64,000 bases of DNA, taken from NCBI RefSeq assembly GCF_006345805.1, contig NC_042999.1, positions 152,520,001 to 152,584,000 on the forward strand, read 5' to 3'. Made by a program: the position numbers and the translations under genes. Shown in pieces: positions 1 through 13,653 of the stretch. The notes beneath the pieces are model-generated. The model made no database searches, had not been told where the DNA came from, and saw only the letters and a list, made by a program, of their open reading frames with translations. The DNA comes from Octopus sinensis. Its lineage: Eukaryota. Every line of letters begins with the position of its first letter. Positions within the stretch are counted from its first letter, which is position 1.

Positions 1-133
1 TGTGTGTGTGTGGATAGACACACGCACACACCTATACATAAATAATTATATATAAGTGTGTGTGTATATTCACACGTGCCTATATATATACATACATGTA
101 TATATATAAATATATATATATATATATGTGTGT

Positions 134-164
<31 letters not shown>

Positions 165-1280
165 GTGTGAATTGCATATTCGTATGTATAAATATACAAA
201 CAGATATATATATGTATGTGTATGTTTATGCAGATATGTGCTTATATATTTTATATTCATACACGTCTATACACGCACGCACTTACACACTCCCAAACAT
301 GCACATATATAAATTCTTTATGAGTATACACGTAAATATAATCCAGTCTGTGTCTATACAGTATTTATATACAGGCGCACATGTGCAATTATTGATATGG
401 AAGTTCGCGAATATGATCAATCTTATGCACCAAACACATACACACATTGACGCATATTTATACATGCATATGTATGCATGTATATATGTAATTACTGTTA
501 TGTAATTTGCAAAGTTAATTAGTCCCATATGCACAAATTTATTTATGCGCACAGACACACACACACACGCTCACACACATATAAGAATGTATGCGACTGT
601 TGAAGCATATTTATATGTCTATGTCAAAACAAGTGTATATACATATACATATATGCATGTATATAGTGGTCTGTATGTTATGCGTGTATGTGCATGTGTG
701 TAAGTGTGTGTGTATGAGGGCGTGACTATGAGTGCATTATTGCATGTGTATGCAATAATCAGCTTCTATGACTGAATGCATGATTCTGGCTATGATTAGC
801 AGCGAAGAACACAATCGTGTTTTAATGAAAAATGACAGAAAATGAAAATAAAATAAATAAAATATATAAAAGAAAAGCAAAATGGTGAAACGCATTGCTT
901 CGAACATAAAAAAAAAATCACCAATGCATGTAAATGTATACCTATATACCGTTACGCTAAGCGTGTATATTAAATGTGGGTGATACACTAATATGTACAT
1001 ACATGCATATATACATATATATGTAAATAGATAGATATATAAATATATCAATATATATATACATATATGTGTCGAAACCATAATGATATCCGTGGGGCAG
1101 CTGATGATGGTGGTATGTTGGATTGTTGGTTGGCTGTGGAATAGTATTATAACACACTCTTTTGATATATATATATATACCTAGATAGATATATAGTTAG
1201 ATAGATATATATGCATATATTTATGCATGAACACTTGTGCATATATATGCATGCAAATATATGCATATATACATGTATAT

Positions 1281-1314
<34 letters not shown>

Positions 1315-1383
1315 ATGTGAATGTGTATATGCATTCATGTATGTATATATAGGTGAATAAAAGTGTGCCTTTACGAGTGTATG

Positions 1384-1414
<31 letters not shown>

Positions 1415-1624
1415 ATGTGTGTGTGTATGCATATATACGTTTATGTGTATGTGTATATGTATATATAATATATCTTTTACTCTCTTTATTTCTCTTTTCC
1501 ACACACACACACAAAATATACATCCAAAGTAATAACACAGTGTAGCTCTTTTAACTGTTATTGTCGTTGTGTGGTGTTTGCTTGTGGGGGCTTGTTGCTG
1601 CTGTTGCTACTGTTGTTGTTGTCT

Positions 1625-2112
1625 CTTCTTCTTCCAACCAGTACTCACGCCATTAGCCACAAAGAATAATCTCTAATTCGAGCCTACTGTAAGCTACTAG
1701 GAATGCGTGTGGCAACTTGAAGATCCACCCGCCACACGCGATAAACTGGCGGTTGCACGGGCGCGAAAGCTACGTTGTTATCCTCATTCCGTAAACGGTG
1801 GCTTTTTAACGGTGAAGAGCTGAACCATCCTGGGGTACAGAGGATTCGCAATGTAGACTACGGTCTGAAAGTTTACCACACCATAGTGGGTTACACCATG
1901 GTTCCTCTGCTTTGTGGGAGAAGTAGGAAGAAAGAGTGAGAGAAAGTTGAGGTGAAAGATCACAGCGGGGTTCACCCCCACCCCCCGTTGGAGCCTCGTG
2001 AAACTTAGGTATATTTGCTCAATAAACACCCACAATGCCCAGTCTGGGAATCGAAACCGCATTCTTACGACCGCGAGTCCGGTCCCCTAACCACTGGGCC
2101 ATTGCGCCTCCA
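1625..2112 (-). mobile_element. SINE family D (putative tail type 3)
   Basis: Head and central domain at 1925-2112 match family D. The segment 1625-1925 is unlike tails 1 and 2 and ends in GAAGAAGAAG on the element strand. The left boundary is uncertain. Confidence 0.65.
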
Positions 2113-3474
2113 CTGTTGTTGTTTTTCTTGTTGGCGTTCTTGTTGCGGTTATGGTGATGGTAGTAGTGGGGGAAGATATAAGTCGTTGTCTAGAAATTAT
2201 GCAAATCACTTTATGAAATCAGCGACTAATGCTATAACGTTAATCGTATTAATTCTACCCAAGTCCAAGACGAAACCAATTGAAGTCCTCATATCTCTAC
2301 CACTGCATGAAGTGGTTCTTCTGGTCTGCTCTAGTTATCTATCTCTACAAGACTTGCCGGAATGAGAAACAGCCATTTATATTTCACCAAGTGTTACATG
2401 CTGGTCAACATGAAAGTATAACGAAATGAGTCAATCATACAGTAAATGCTGGTTGGTCGTCTGTCTGTAAACGTAATGTATACGACTAAACGCCACTAAT
2501 TAATCTAAATATGCAATCTTTACTAGACTCCACTTAATTCGTCTAATTCAAATTCGCCACTTTACTTTCGAGATTGTTGCATTAACAGAACAGACAGGAT
2601 GAAAGATAGAGGGTGAGAAAGCGTGAGAACCAGAGAGTTAGAGAGATATACATAGAGATAGGATGAAAGAGAGAACTAAACAAATAGGAAAATATATACA
2701 GAGAAAGAGCAAAAGCGAGCGAGCTAGAAAGCTAGAGAGATGTACATAGAGATAGGATGAAAGAGAGAACTAGAAATATAGGAAGATATATAGAAAGAGT
2801 GAAAGCGAAATAGCTAGGAGAGAAAGATATAGAAAAGGGTGAAAGAGAAAGTGAGAGGGAGTGACCAAGTAGAGAAAGAGAGAGAAAGTAGAGCGAGAGC
2901 AATTCTTTATTAGATTCGAATGACTAACCATTCTATATCGTACATAAATTTCATCATCTCCCATCCAATGCTCTTCTTCACTGAGTTATTCATTGCTTTG
3001 CAGTATAAATAGATCTGCATATCCTTCCGAAATATGTAATTTTGTTAGCGGGTTTTTAATTGAATATAATATGTTTCTTGGTTAATCGTATTCCGAATCA
3101 GGTTGGAAGGTGGGTGTGGTGTTGTGTGGTGTAGTGTGGTGGGTTATTTGGGGATGGAGGTGTTGGACAGAAAAGGAACTGGTAGAAGCGGCACACGGGT
3201 TTCCTTTAGGGAGCTTAATGACTTCTGGAGATTTACAGGGCCAATTTCATGAAAGTTAACTTATTAAACGGTATAAAACTCGCATTTTAGCTTCAAGAAT
3301 TGCACGCAATACAGGTCTTCAAGTAGATTTTATGTCAGCGTATGTGAGATTTAGACTGTCTGTGCATGTGCGAGAACAAAAGTGTTTATTCATGTAGTTG
3401 TGTATATATATACACATATACATACATTCATATATACATACATACATACATACATACATACATACATACATACA

Positions 3475-3505
<31 letters not shown>

Positions 3506-3523
3506 CTATATATATATATATTA

Positions 3524-3557
<34 letters not shown>

Positions 3558-3887
3558 ACTTAGGGAATCTACGAGATACCGCCATGCTGAAAATAGCAGC
3601 CAGAATCTGGCTCTAAGACCACATCAAGTGTTCATATAGCACAAGGAGAGAAGACAAAAAGATAAAATAAAACTAGTAAACTTAGCGATTCAGCAAAAGA
3701 AATTGATAGAATAAGTACGAGACTTGAAAAAAAAAAAGGAGTGGAGTCGATTCATCAAGGAGATGCCCCAGCATGGCAGCAGTTTAATGAATGTAACACG
3801 TAAAAGACAAAAGATATGAATGTCTACATTCAAAATTATAAAGAAAACGCTTTTCCCGATTCAACCCTTGTTTAAATATATATTCAA

Positions 3888-4324
3888 TTCTACTTTTCTA
3901 CTCTAGGCACAAGGCCCGAACTATTGGGTGGGGGGCGCAGTCGATTAAATCAGCCCCAGTGCGCAACTGGTACTTAATTTGTCGACCCCGAAAGGAGGAA
4001 AGGCAAAGTCGACCTCGGCGGAATTTGAACTAAGAACGTAAACACAGATGAAATACCGCGAAACATTTCGCCTGGTGTGCTAACGTTTCTTATTTCTTTA
4101 TTGCCCACAAGGGGCTAAACATAGAGGGGACAAACAAAGACAGACAAACGGATTAAGTCGATTACATCGACCCTAGTGTGTAACTGGTACTTAATTTATC
4201 GACCCCGAAAGGATGAAAGGCAAAGTCGGCCTTGGTGGAATTTGAACTCAGAACGTAACAGCAGACAAAATACGGCTACGCATTTCGCCCGGTGTGCTAA
4301 CGTTTCTGCCAGCTCACCGCCTTA
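3888..4324 (-). mobile_element. SINE family B, dimeric copy
   Basis: Two consecutive head-core units (GAGTTCAAATTCC..CGAGGTCGACTTTGCCTTTCATCCTTTCGGGGTCGAT) with different tails. Confidence 0.82.
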
Positions 4325-4427
4325 GTTTGAACATACATAAGTATATATGGATATGTGTATGTGTGTGCGTGTGTGTGTGTGTGCTTATATATATATATAT
4401 ATACTATATATATATATATATATATAT

Positions 4428-4502
<75 letters not shown>

Positions 4503-4555
4503 ACACATGTATATATATGTATATATATATATATATATATAATATATATAATATA

Positions 4556-5350
4556 TATATGTAATACACACACATATCTATCTATGTATCTATATATACA
4601 TGTTATATATATATATATGTAATACACACACATATCTATCTATGTATCTATATACACATGTTTATATATATATATATGTAATACACACACATATCTATCT
4701 ATGTATCTATATATACATGTTTATATATATATATATGTAATATACACACATATCTATCTATGTATCTATATATACATGTTTATATATATATATATGTAAT
4801 ACACACACATATCTATCTATGTATCTATATATACATGTTTATATATATATATATGTAATATACACACATATCTATCTATGTATCTATATATACATGTTTA
4901 TATATATATATATGTAATACACACACATATCTATCTATGTATCTATATATACATGTTTATATATATATAATGTAATCCACACACAATCTATCTATGTATA
5001 TATATACATGTTTATATATATATATGTAATACACACACATATCTATCTAGTATCTATATATACATGTTTATATATATATATATGTAATACACACACATAT
5101 CTATCTATGTATTATATACATGTTTATATATATTATAGTAATACACACACATATCTATCTATGTATCTATATATACATGTTTATATATATATATATTAAT
5201 ACACACACATATCTATCTATGTATCTATATATACATGTTTATATATATATATATGTAATACACACACATATCTATCTATGTATCTATATATACATGTTTA
5301 TATATATATATATGTAATACACACACATATCTATCTATGTATCTATATAT
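4556..5350. repeat. Minisatellite, unit about 58-59 bp, about 14 copies
   Basis: Recurrent TAATACACACACATATCTATCTATGTATCTATATATACATGTTTAT(AT)n. Confidence 0.9.
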
Positions 5351-5689
5351 ACATGTTATATATATATATATATATGTGTATATGTGTGTGTGTATTTTAT
5401 GTGATTTATATACCTGCTAGAAATCTCACCCCCGTATCACAAAGAAAAGGACAGACGGTTTAGTACTACTTTTGCAAATCGACGGGGTTTACACAACGGG
5501 AACACCTTAGAAATGAGGTTGCACAGTCATGGTAAACCAGGGGTTAAACAATAACAACCAATGCTGTAGAAGCAGCAGCAGCAACAACAATAACAGCGGC
5601 AGCAGCAGCATGCAGTAGCAGTAACTAAACTGTGGTATTTCTAGGTAAAATGTTTCGCGCCGTTACACAAAGTATGTCTTCAATGGATT

Positions 5690-5750
5690 CGAACATATGA
5701 CCTCAGTATTGGCCTTGCAATAAATTAACCACTCGGCCATAACAATTTCG
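5690..5750 (-). other. tRNA-like SINE head relic
   Basis: On the minus strand TGGCCGAGTGGTTAA...GTTCGAATCC (A and B boxes). No intact cloverleaf seen. Confidence 0.45.
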
Positions 5751-6456
5751 GCAAACAATAAAAAGAAGACAAAAATAAAAATTAAATCAATAAAAACTAA
5801 ACAAATAACTACAAAAAGTAAAAAAAAAAAAAGTAATAATAATAAAAAGCTCATTAAAGTAAAATTTTATGTTTTAGAAGAAAAAAAAAACGTAATTATC
5901 TGTTGAGAAACTCAATATTTTGAAGCCTGTCTTTATCCGGAGTTATATTTCACATCACATTGACATTAACTGTTGAAGCAGCATCTGTAACGCTAGTAAA
6001 ATTAGAAATAGCAAGTTCACAGTGAGTATAACCCCTTGTTTTAAATAGCTCCCAGATACACGCATATCAATCGATCGATCGATCGATCCATTTATCCAAC
6101 CATCTAACTATGCATACATACGTACGTACATGCATACACATGAATGTGTGTGTGTGTGCATATATATATATATTTATATATGTATGTGTGTGTGTGTGTA
6201 TGCATTGACACGTACAAGCACACACATACGCACAGACACATACACACACATACATACAATATGGAATAGAAATATGCCTACGTGCATATGTATGTGTATA
6301 TGTGTATAATGTATATATATATATATTTATATATATAATATATATATTATATATATAACTGCATGAATCTATCTATCAATCTATGTATGTATGTATATAT
6401 ATATATATATTAATATATATATATATATATATATATACACACGTGTGTGTGTACGC

Positions 6457-6493
<37 letters not shown>

Positions 6494-7354
6494 TTACATG
6501 TGTGTCTGTGTATGCATATATATATATATATATATATGAGGGAGAGAGAGAAATAAAGTTAATATATATGTGTATATATATATACCTGAATGCACGCCAA
6601 CACAACACACACACACAAACACACACTAATGAATTTATAACCCCATCGATCTGCAATTTTCAAGTAAAAAGGACGTCGGATGGAATGGAACAAGCAATCG
6701 GATTACAGACTATGGATGTTTACATTCCGCAGTAAATTCATCTTTAAAAATTTAAGAAAAAAAGAAAAAAAGCACAAGAACAAAATGAACGATTGAAAAA
6801 TATTTGGATCAATGACAAATAAATAAATGAAAACTTCTAAAAAGAAGGGTATTTAAAAAAATTATTTCTTTAGTCATGTCGTGAAGAGGGAATCGTGAGA
6901 GAGAAAGTGAAAATTTACGAACCTTAGTATCACTTGTTGTTGTTATTGTTTTTCTTCTTCTTGTTCTTCTACTTCTCGTCTTCGCTCTCCTCCTCCTCCT
7001 CCTCCTTATTCTTCTTCTTCTTCTTCATGTTTTTCTTCTTCTTGTCTTCTTCTTCTTCTTCTTCTTCTTCTCTTCTTCTTCTTCTTCTTCTTCTTCTTCT
7101 TCTTCTTCTTCTTTCCCCTCTTCGTTCTATTTTTTTTTCTTAGCTCAGATCCAAGTGATGTAAATATCTTCTTTTTCATCTTCGCGAAGTTTAGTTAAAA
7201 AAAGTAACCAGTCAACCAGCTTAGTACCAGTACCACCCTCTCTCCCTCAATCAGTCCACGCCCTGGATATTCCTCTGGACCAAGGGTGAGTGGGTGGGTA
7301 GGTCGTGAGATGGAGATCTACGTCAGCATGCGATTAAGAACGAATGATGAAGTA

Positions 7355-7656
7355 CACGGGGTAACATGCTTAGCTGTATTTTCTCCGTTTTTACAATCTG
7401 AGTTCAAATTCCGACGAGGTCGACTTCGCCTTTCATTCTTTTGGTGATAAAACAAATACCATTTCACTACTGGGGTCGACGTAATCAATTTACCCCCACC
7501 CCTAAATATTGCTGGCTCTGTGCCAAAATCAGAATCCAATTTGTAAATAGTAGATACAGTACCGAACTGGCAGAACCACTACCGTGCAGGTGCAAAATAC
7601 TTTCGCCTGTCTTCACAGCCAGAGTTCAAATTCCGCCGAAGGCTTCTGTTTGTGAG

Positions 7657-7687
<31 letters not shown>

Positions 7688-8082
7688 ATAATAATATATA
7701 TATATATATATATTTTATATATATATATATATATATGTAAGTGAAACAAGGTGGGAAAAATAGTACTCGAATACCGGAGTTAGAGTAATATGCTTCATTA
7801 ATAAAGCTGCAAAAACAGCACGAAAACTGTTACTCAGAGATTTTTACGTTTCTGTTCGTCGGACAGTTTTGGTTCAGATTCTCAACTAAAACTGTCCGAC
7901 GAACAGGAACGTGAAACTGGTACTTATTTGGCACAAAGCCAATGGTACTTATTTAATCGACCACGAAAGGATGAAAGGCAAAGTCGACCTCGGCAGGATT
8001 TGAACTCAGAACGTTGCGGCAGACGAAATCCCGCTAAGCATTTCGCTCGGCGTGCTAACGTTTCTCTTAGCTCGCCGCCTTA
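7355..8082. mobile_element. SINE family B fragments: plus 7355-7550, plus head 7560-7650, minus 7917-8082
   Basis: Homology to the family B core. Confidence 0.7.
7842..7916 (+). repeat. Inverted repeat: 33-bp arms, 9-nt loop
   Basis: Arms 7842-7874 and 7884-7916 give 30 Watson-Crick pairs plus 3 G-U pairs on the + strand. Confidence 0.92.
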
Positions 8083-8641
8083 ATAACATTGTATAATGAC
8101 GACGTTTACAACACCGCAAAACTCCTTCAACAATCACCACCAATGCCACCGTCACCGCCATCAGCACCACCACCACCACCACCACCACCACAATCACTAA
8201 CAGCAACAAAACCCACAACATTATCACACCGCGTAACAGCAAAAAAACAAAAAACAAATACAACAAAAACTGCATCAAATACAACAAAAACTATAACGAA
8301 TAAGTGTATAAATACCAACAAAATATAACAGAATAACAAAGAAATAAAGAGATATGTTATAATGTGCTGTGTTTTAAGGAAGACAGTTCATTAATATAAC
8401 AGGAATTCCTGGCTGCACCCTTCTTCCTTCGCCATTTTCGTTCTTCCTTCACAGTTTTGTTTAAGTTGTTGAAGATGTTAGACGCAGTAGAGTGAAAGAA
8501 TTGGGATGAAGTGACCAGAAACGGGTACGTTTAAAAGGAGAGGAAAAGAAGTGTATACATATATGTATATATATATTATATATATTATATACGTATATAG
8601 ATAGATATACCCACATGCACATACGTACATATATTTACATA

Positions 8642-8691
<50 letters not shown>

Positions 8692-8814
8692 CAGATATAT
8701 ATATATAGATGCATATGTGCACGTAAACATGATACATGTGATACATATATACATACCAATATGTATATACATACATATATATATATATGTACATATATCT
8801 ATACACACATACAC

Positions 8815-8855
<41 letters not shown>

Positions 8856-9067
8856 CATATATATATATATATACACATAAATATATACGTGCACATATAA
8901 CCTACATGTATGTACACATACCACTCGTATATATACATAAATATATATATATGTAATATGTCTGTGTGTGTGAGTGTGAGTGTGCGTGTGTCTATAATAT
9001 ATATATGTATAATATATACCTATATATACATGTAAACATTCATACCTACATACACACATACACACAT

Positions 9068-9114
<47 letters not shown>

Positions 9115-9758
9115 TATATACACATATAAACATACATACCAACACACACACACACACACATCACACATATACGTATCAACACATATATGTATCAACACAC
9201 GGCATGGATTTTCCAATGATATTTGAGTGTGAAGATTATTTCTCTCCGTGTATATTATGCATCAGTAGTGACTGCGTAAAAAATATTGAATCGCTCGTTC
9301 CGATAACAACTGGCTAAATGAGCAGAGAAGCAGAAACAGGATGGTACATTAAGCATGTTCTTCTCCTGAATATACTGATGATAGCTAAATAGCAGGATTA
9401 AAGTCTCTCCATATATACATATATATATTTACACATACATACAAACGAATATACGTATATTCATACATAGATACGTGTATATTTATATGCAAGCAGGCCT
9501 TCATACACACACGGGCGATAAATGTGTGACTGTATGTGGGTATGTCTGTGTATTTTTGTAAATGTGTGTATATGTACAGGCTTAAGTTTATACACACTTA
9601 TACATGCAATATATATATAAGTATATATGAGTATCTTGAGTTTGATGGGGAAGAAGAAGAGCTGTAGTGAAGTATACATCCATCCATCATCCATCTGTCT
9701 ATTTATTTAACACTCTCTATCTATCCACCCATCCATCCATCCATCCGTCCATCCGTCC

Positions 9759-9849
<91 letters not shown>

Positions 9850-9876
9850 CATCTATCTGTCTATCTATCTATCTAT

Positions 9877-10014
9877 CTTTCTCTCCTTTTACGATCCCTT
9901 TTGATCGAACCTCCCCCTCCTTTTTTTTTTTTTTTTTTTTAATACCTCAAAAGAAAAGCTCTACCTTGTAATTTGTTCTATCTGTGTGCAGCCCTGTGTG
10001 GCTAATAAAGAAAC
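9877..10014 (+). mobile_element. Short 3'-end copy of the Tx1-like LINE inside (TCTA)n
   Basis: Matches about 34995-35120 (TACGATCCCTTTTGATCG...AAGAAAAGCTCTACC...CTGTGTGCAGCCCTGTGTGGCTAATAAAGAAAC). TCTA arrays on both sides. Confidence 0.9.
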
Positions 10015-10021
10015 ATATCTT

Positions 10022-10107
<86 letters not shown>

Positions 10108-10112
10108 CATCC

Positions 10113-10168
<56 letters not shown>

Positions 10169-10173
10169 GTCTC

Positions 10174-10226
<53 letters not shown>

Positions 10227-10355
10227 AATGCTGGTTGGCTTACTGGCTGTTTATCTGTCTGTTCATCCATTCCTGTTCTTTACTTTGCTTTAGACATAAT
10301 CGTTTAAATACCTATCACACACTTTCTGAATCGTTAATATATTGTGTAGGCTGTG

Positions 10356-10747
10356 CAGGCACTGGAGTGGCTGTGTGGTAAGTAGCTTGCTTACCAACCA
10401 CATGGTTCCGGGTTCACTCCCACTGCGTGGCACTTTGGGCAAGTATCTTCTACTATAGCCCCGGGCCGACCTTGTGAATGAATTTGTTAGACGGAAACTG
10501 AAAGAATCCTATCGTATATATATATATATATATATGTTTGTGTGTCTGTGTTTGTCCTCCCACCATCACTTGACAAACAATGTTGGTGTGTTTACGCCCC
10601 CGTAACTTAGCGGTTCGGCAGCAAAAGAGACAAATAGAATAAGTACTAGTCTTACAAGAATTAGTCCTGGGGTCAACTTGTTCGACTAAAGGCGTGCTCT
10701 AGCAAGGCCGCACTGAAATGCTCGAAACAAATAAAAAAATAAAAGAA
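10356..10747 (+). mobile_element. SINE family A (tRNA-derived head, CORE-like CTTGGGCAAG segment, internal TA/TG microsatellite)
   Basis: Head GGAGTGGCTGTGTGGTAAG...GGTTCA.TCCC. Many homologous copies in this window. Confidence 0.85.
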
Positions 10748-10848
10748 TTTCTATTTTCAATGGCTGACTATGCAAAGCTACATCTATGTATATTTTTGTG
10801 TGTGTGCGCCCATGGGCTTGCATATGTGGTATGCATTACAAATGTTCT

Positions 10849-10982
10849 TAGGCGTGGCTGTGTGTTCAACAGCTTGTTTGCCAACCAAATGCTTCCGAGC
10901 AAATGTCTTCCATTATAGCCTCAGGCCGACCAAAGCCTTATAAGTGGATCTGGTAGACAGAAACTGAAAGAAGCCGGCCGTA
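10849..10982 (+). mobile_element. SINE family A, 5' half, internally deleted
   Basis: Homology to the family A head and body, ending at (TA)n. Confidence 0.7.
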
Positions 10983-11113
10983 TATATATATACATTATAT
11001 AATATATATATATATTTATCTTCTTCCCTTCTTTCCTGAGCGCCCAATAATACTTTATTTGTTCTACATCCTCGCATTGTTGTCTTTTTGTTTTCTTGTT
11101 TGGATTAACTTTA

Positions 11114-11146
<33 letters not shown>

Positions 11147-11149
11147 ATT

Positions 11150-11198
<49 letters not shown>

Positions 11199-11258
11199 TT
11201 ATATATATGTATGTAATATATATTATATATATGTATATGTATTATATATATATATAAT

Positions 11259-11289
<31 letters not shown>

Positions 11290-11291
11290 TA

Positions 11292-11323
<32 letters not shown>

Positions 11324-11361
11324 TGTGTGTGTTGTGTATGATCGTAATATTTGCACTGTGT

Positions 11362-11529
11362 TCAGTAAGATCTGAAACGGTCATTTGCATAGTTATTCGT
11401 AATGTGTTCAGGCAGATTCGAACGCAAATATGCCAGTCGCTGCTGCCACCAAATAACTTCTCGGAATTTTGGCGCAAGAGTTTCTGGACACCGGTGTTTC
11501 GACATGTTCTGCGTCGTCAGCCAGAAGTA
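11362..11529 (-). CDS. Candidate terminal coding exon of an unidentified host gene (weak)
   Basis: Non-repetitive, GC-balanced island after the acceptor-like TGTCCCTTTAG. Two frames are open: YFWLTTQNMSKHRCPE...DRFRSY* and LLADDAEHVE...AFESA*. No homology recognised. Confidence 0.22.
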   Translation of the reverse strand, partial: YFWLTTQNMSKHRCPETLAPKFREVIWWQQRLAYLRSNLPEHITNNYANDRFRSY

Positions 11530-11627
11530 CTAAAGGGACATACACATATTATCATCATCATCATCATCATCATCAACTAAAACAACGAACATATATATAT
11601 ATGTGTGTGTTTGTATGTGTGTGTATA

Positions 11628-11843
11628 TGTTTGTGTGTCTGTGATTGTTTCCCCAACATTGCTTGACAACCGATGCTGGTGTGTTTACGTACCCGTAACT
11701 TAGCGGTTCAACAAAATCCACACTGATAGAATAAGTACTAGCCATACAAAGATTAAGTCCTGGGGTCGATTTGCTCGACTAAAGGAGGTGCTCTAGCATG
11801 GTCGCAGTCAAATGAAACAAGTAAAAGAGAGAATAAAGAGAGA
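11628..11843 (+). mobile_element. SINE family A, 3' half
   Basis: TTGACAACCGATGCTGGTGTGTTTACGT...GACTAAAGG.GGTGCTC.AGCATGG. Confidence 0.8.
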
Positions 11844-12659
11844 GTATAAGGTAACCAATACATCAAGGAATGATTTAGTCCCAAGTTAGTCCAGATCAAA
11901 CAAACCTAGATTCGAGAATTTCCATCCGTGACCACTGCGTTGATTCTCAGACGTCGTGTGTTTAGGACTACGTTATCCATTGTCTGCTTTCCTTTTCCTT
12001 CATCAAGAATACATACAGTGATCCGGTGTATACGTGGTTGCCGATTGTGTGTCGGTCGCTGTCTCGTCATGTAAAGGTTAATGCGAGATGTGATTCTGAC
12101 TTATAGACTGGCAGACACGCATATATTTGCACCGAAAGAGGAGAATGAAAATGTTGAGATTCAGCCATGAAGATGGTAGACAAACATACTTCAAGATTTA
12201 CAAGTAGGAAGGCATTCAAGTATCAAATAGAATTTCTCTCAGGAAGAAGAATGGCGCAGATACAACCGAAGAGAAAATAAAAGAAAGGAAGAGAGAAAGG
12301 ACAAAGTGAAGACAGTGTTTGATATATGCATATGTGTGTGTGTGTGTGTGCATATATATGCATACATGTATTGTATACATATAGGGTGTGTATGTATATA
12401 TATATTAATATGTATGTCTATATATATAGAGAGAGAGAAAGCGATAGAGAGTAATAAGAAAGTAAAAGAGGGAAGAGGGTGTTAGAGCAGAAGTGGGGAG
12501 AGAGTGAGAGAGAGAGAGAGAGAGGGGAGAGAGAGAGAGAGAGAGCGAGAGAGCAGGTAGGGGACACAGTTGGATTGAAACGAAAAGTATGAATGAAAAA
12601 TAGGAAAGTTGGACACAATGAGTCTAAAAAGAAAGTAATGTAAATAAAACGACGTAAAT

Positions 12660-12768
12660 CATAATAATAATAATAAAATAATATAATAATAATAATAATA
12701 ATGGTGATAATAATAATAATATAATAATAATAATAATAATAATAATCATGATAATATAATAATAATAA

Positions 12769-12806
<38 letters not shown>

Positions 12807-12836
12807 TAATAATCATAATGTTAATAATCATAATAA

Positions 12837-12909
<73 letters not shown>

Positions 12910-13030
12910 TAATAATGATAATAATAATAATAATAATAATATAATAATATAATAACAAATTAATAATAATAATATAATAATGACGATGATGATGACAATG
13001 ATGATCATGACGATGATGAGGATGATGACA
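12660..13030. repeat. (AAT)n/(GAT)n microsatellite
   Basis: Direct reading. Confidence 0.95.
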
Positions 13031-13269
13031 AATTAAAGGGAAGAGAAAATAAAAGTGAAAGGAAAACTGGCAGTGAGACAGAAGAGAAAGAGAAAGATGG
13101 AAGTAAATAACCATATATATATGTGTGTGTGTGTGAGTGTATTTTTATGTGTGTATATACATACATATATATACACACATATATGTACACACGTTATATA
13201 TACGTATGTATATATACACACGTTATGCATACATACACAAACGCACACACACACACATACACATATATA

Positions 13270-13431
13270 TACGATGGGCTTCTTTCAGTTTCGTCTACCA
13301 AATCCACGCACACGGATTTGGTCGGTCTGAGGCAGGTGTAGAAGACACTTGCCCAAGGTGCTACGCAATGGGATTGAACCCGGAACCGTGTTGTTGGCAA
13401 GCAAGCTACTTACCACGCTGCCACGTCTGCG

Positions 13432-13435
<4 letters not shown>
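13270..13435 (-). mobile_element. SINE family A, 5' half
   Basis: Reverse complement of the family A head and body. Confidence 0.8.
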
Positions 13436-13466
<31 letters not shown>

Positions 13467-13474
13467 CACGTATA

Positions 13475-13514
<40 letters not shown>

Positions 13515-13604
13515 CACGTATATGTATATATACATATATACACGTACATACATATACATAGATATAAATATATATATGTAAATAAATGTATTTATATATA
13601 CATA

Positions 13605-13653
<49 letters not shown>

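Noticed and set aside
1641-1910. Minus-strand exon ending at a GTGAGT donor (1648)
   Set aside because: It is continuous with a SINE D body and better explained as a SINE tail. No acceptor or recognisable peptide.
7190-7292. Plus-strand exon ending at AAGG|GTGAGT
   Set aside because: The donor is strong, but the better upstream acceptor gives no open frame and the peptide is unrecognisable.
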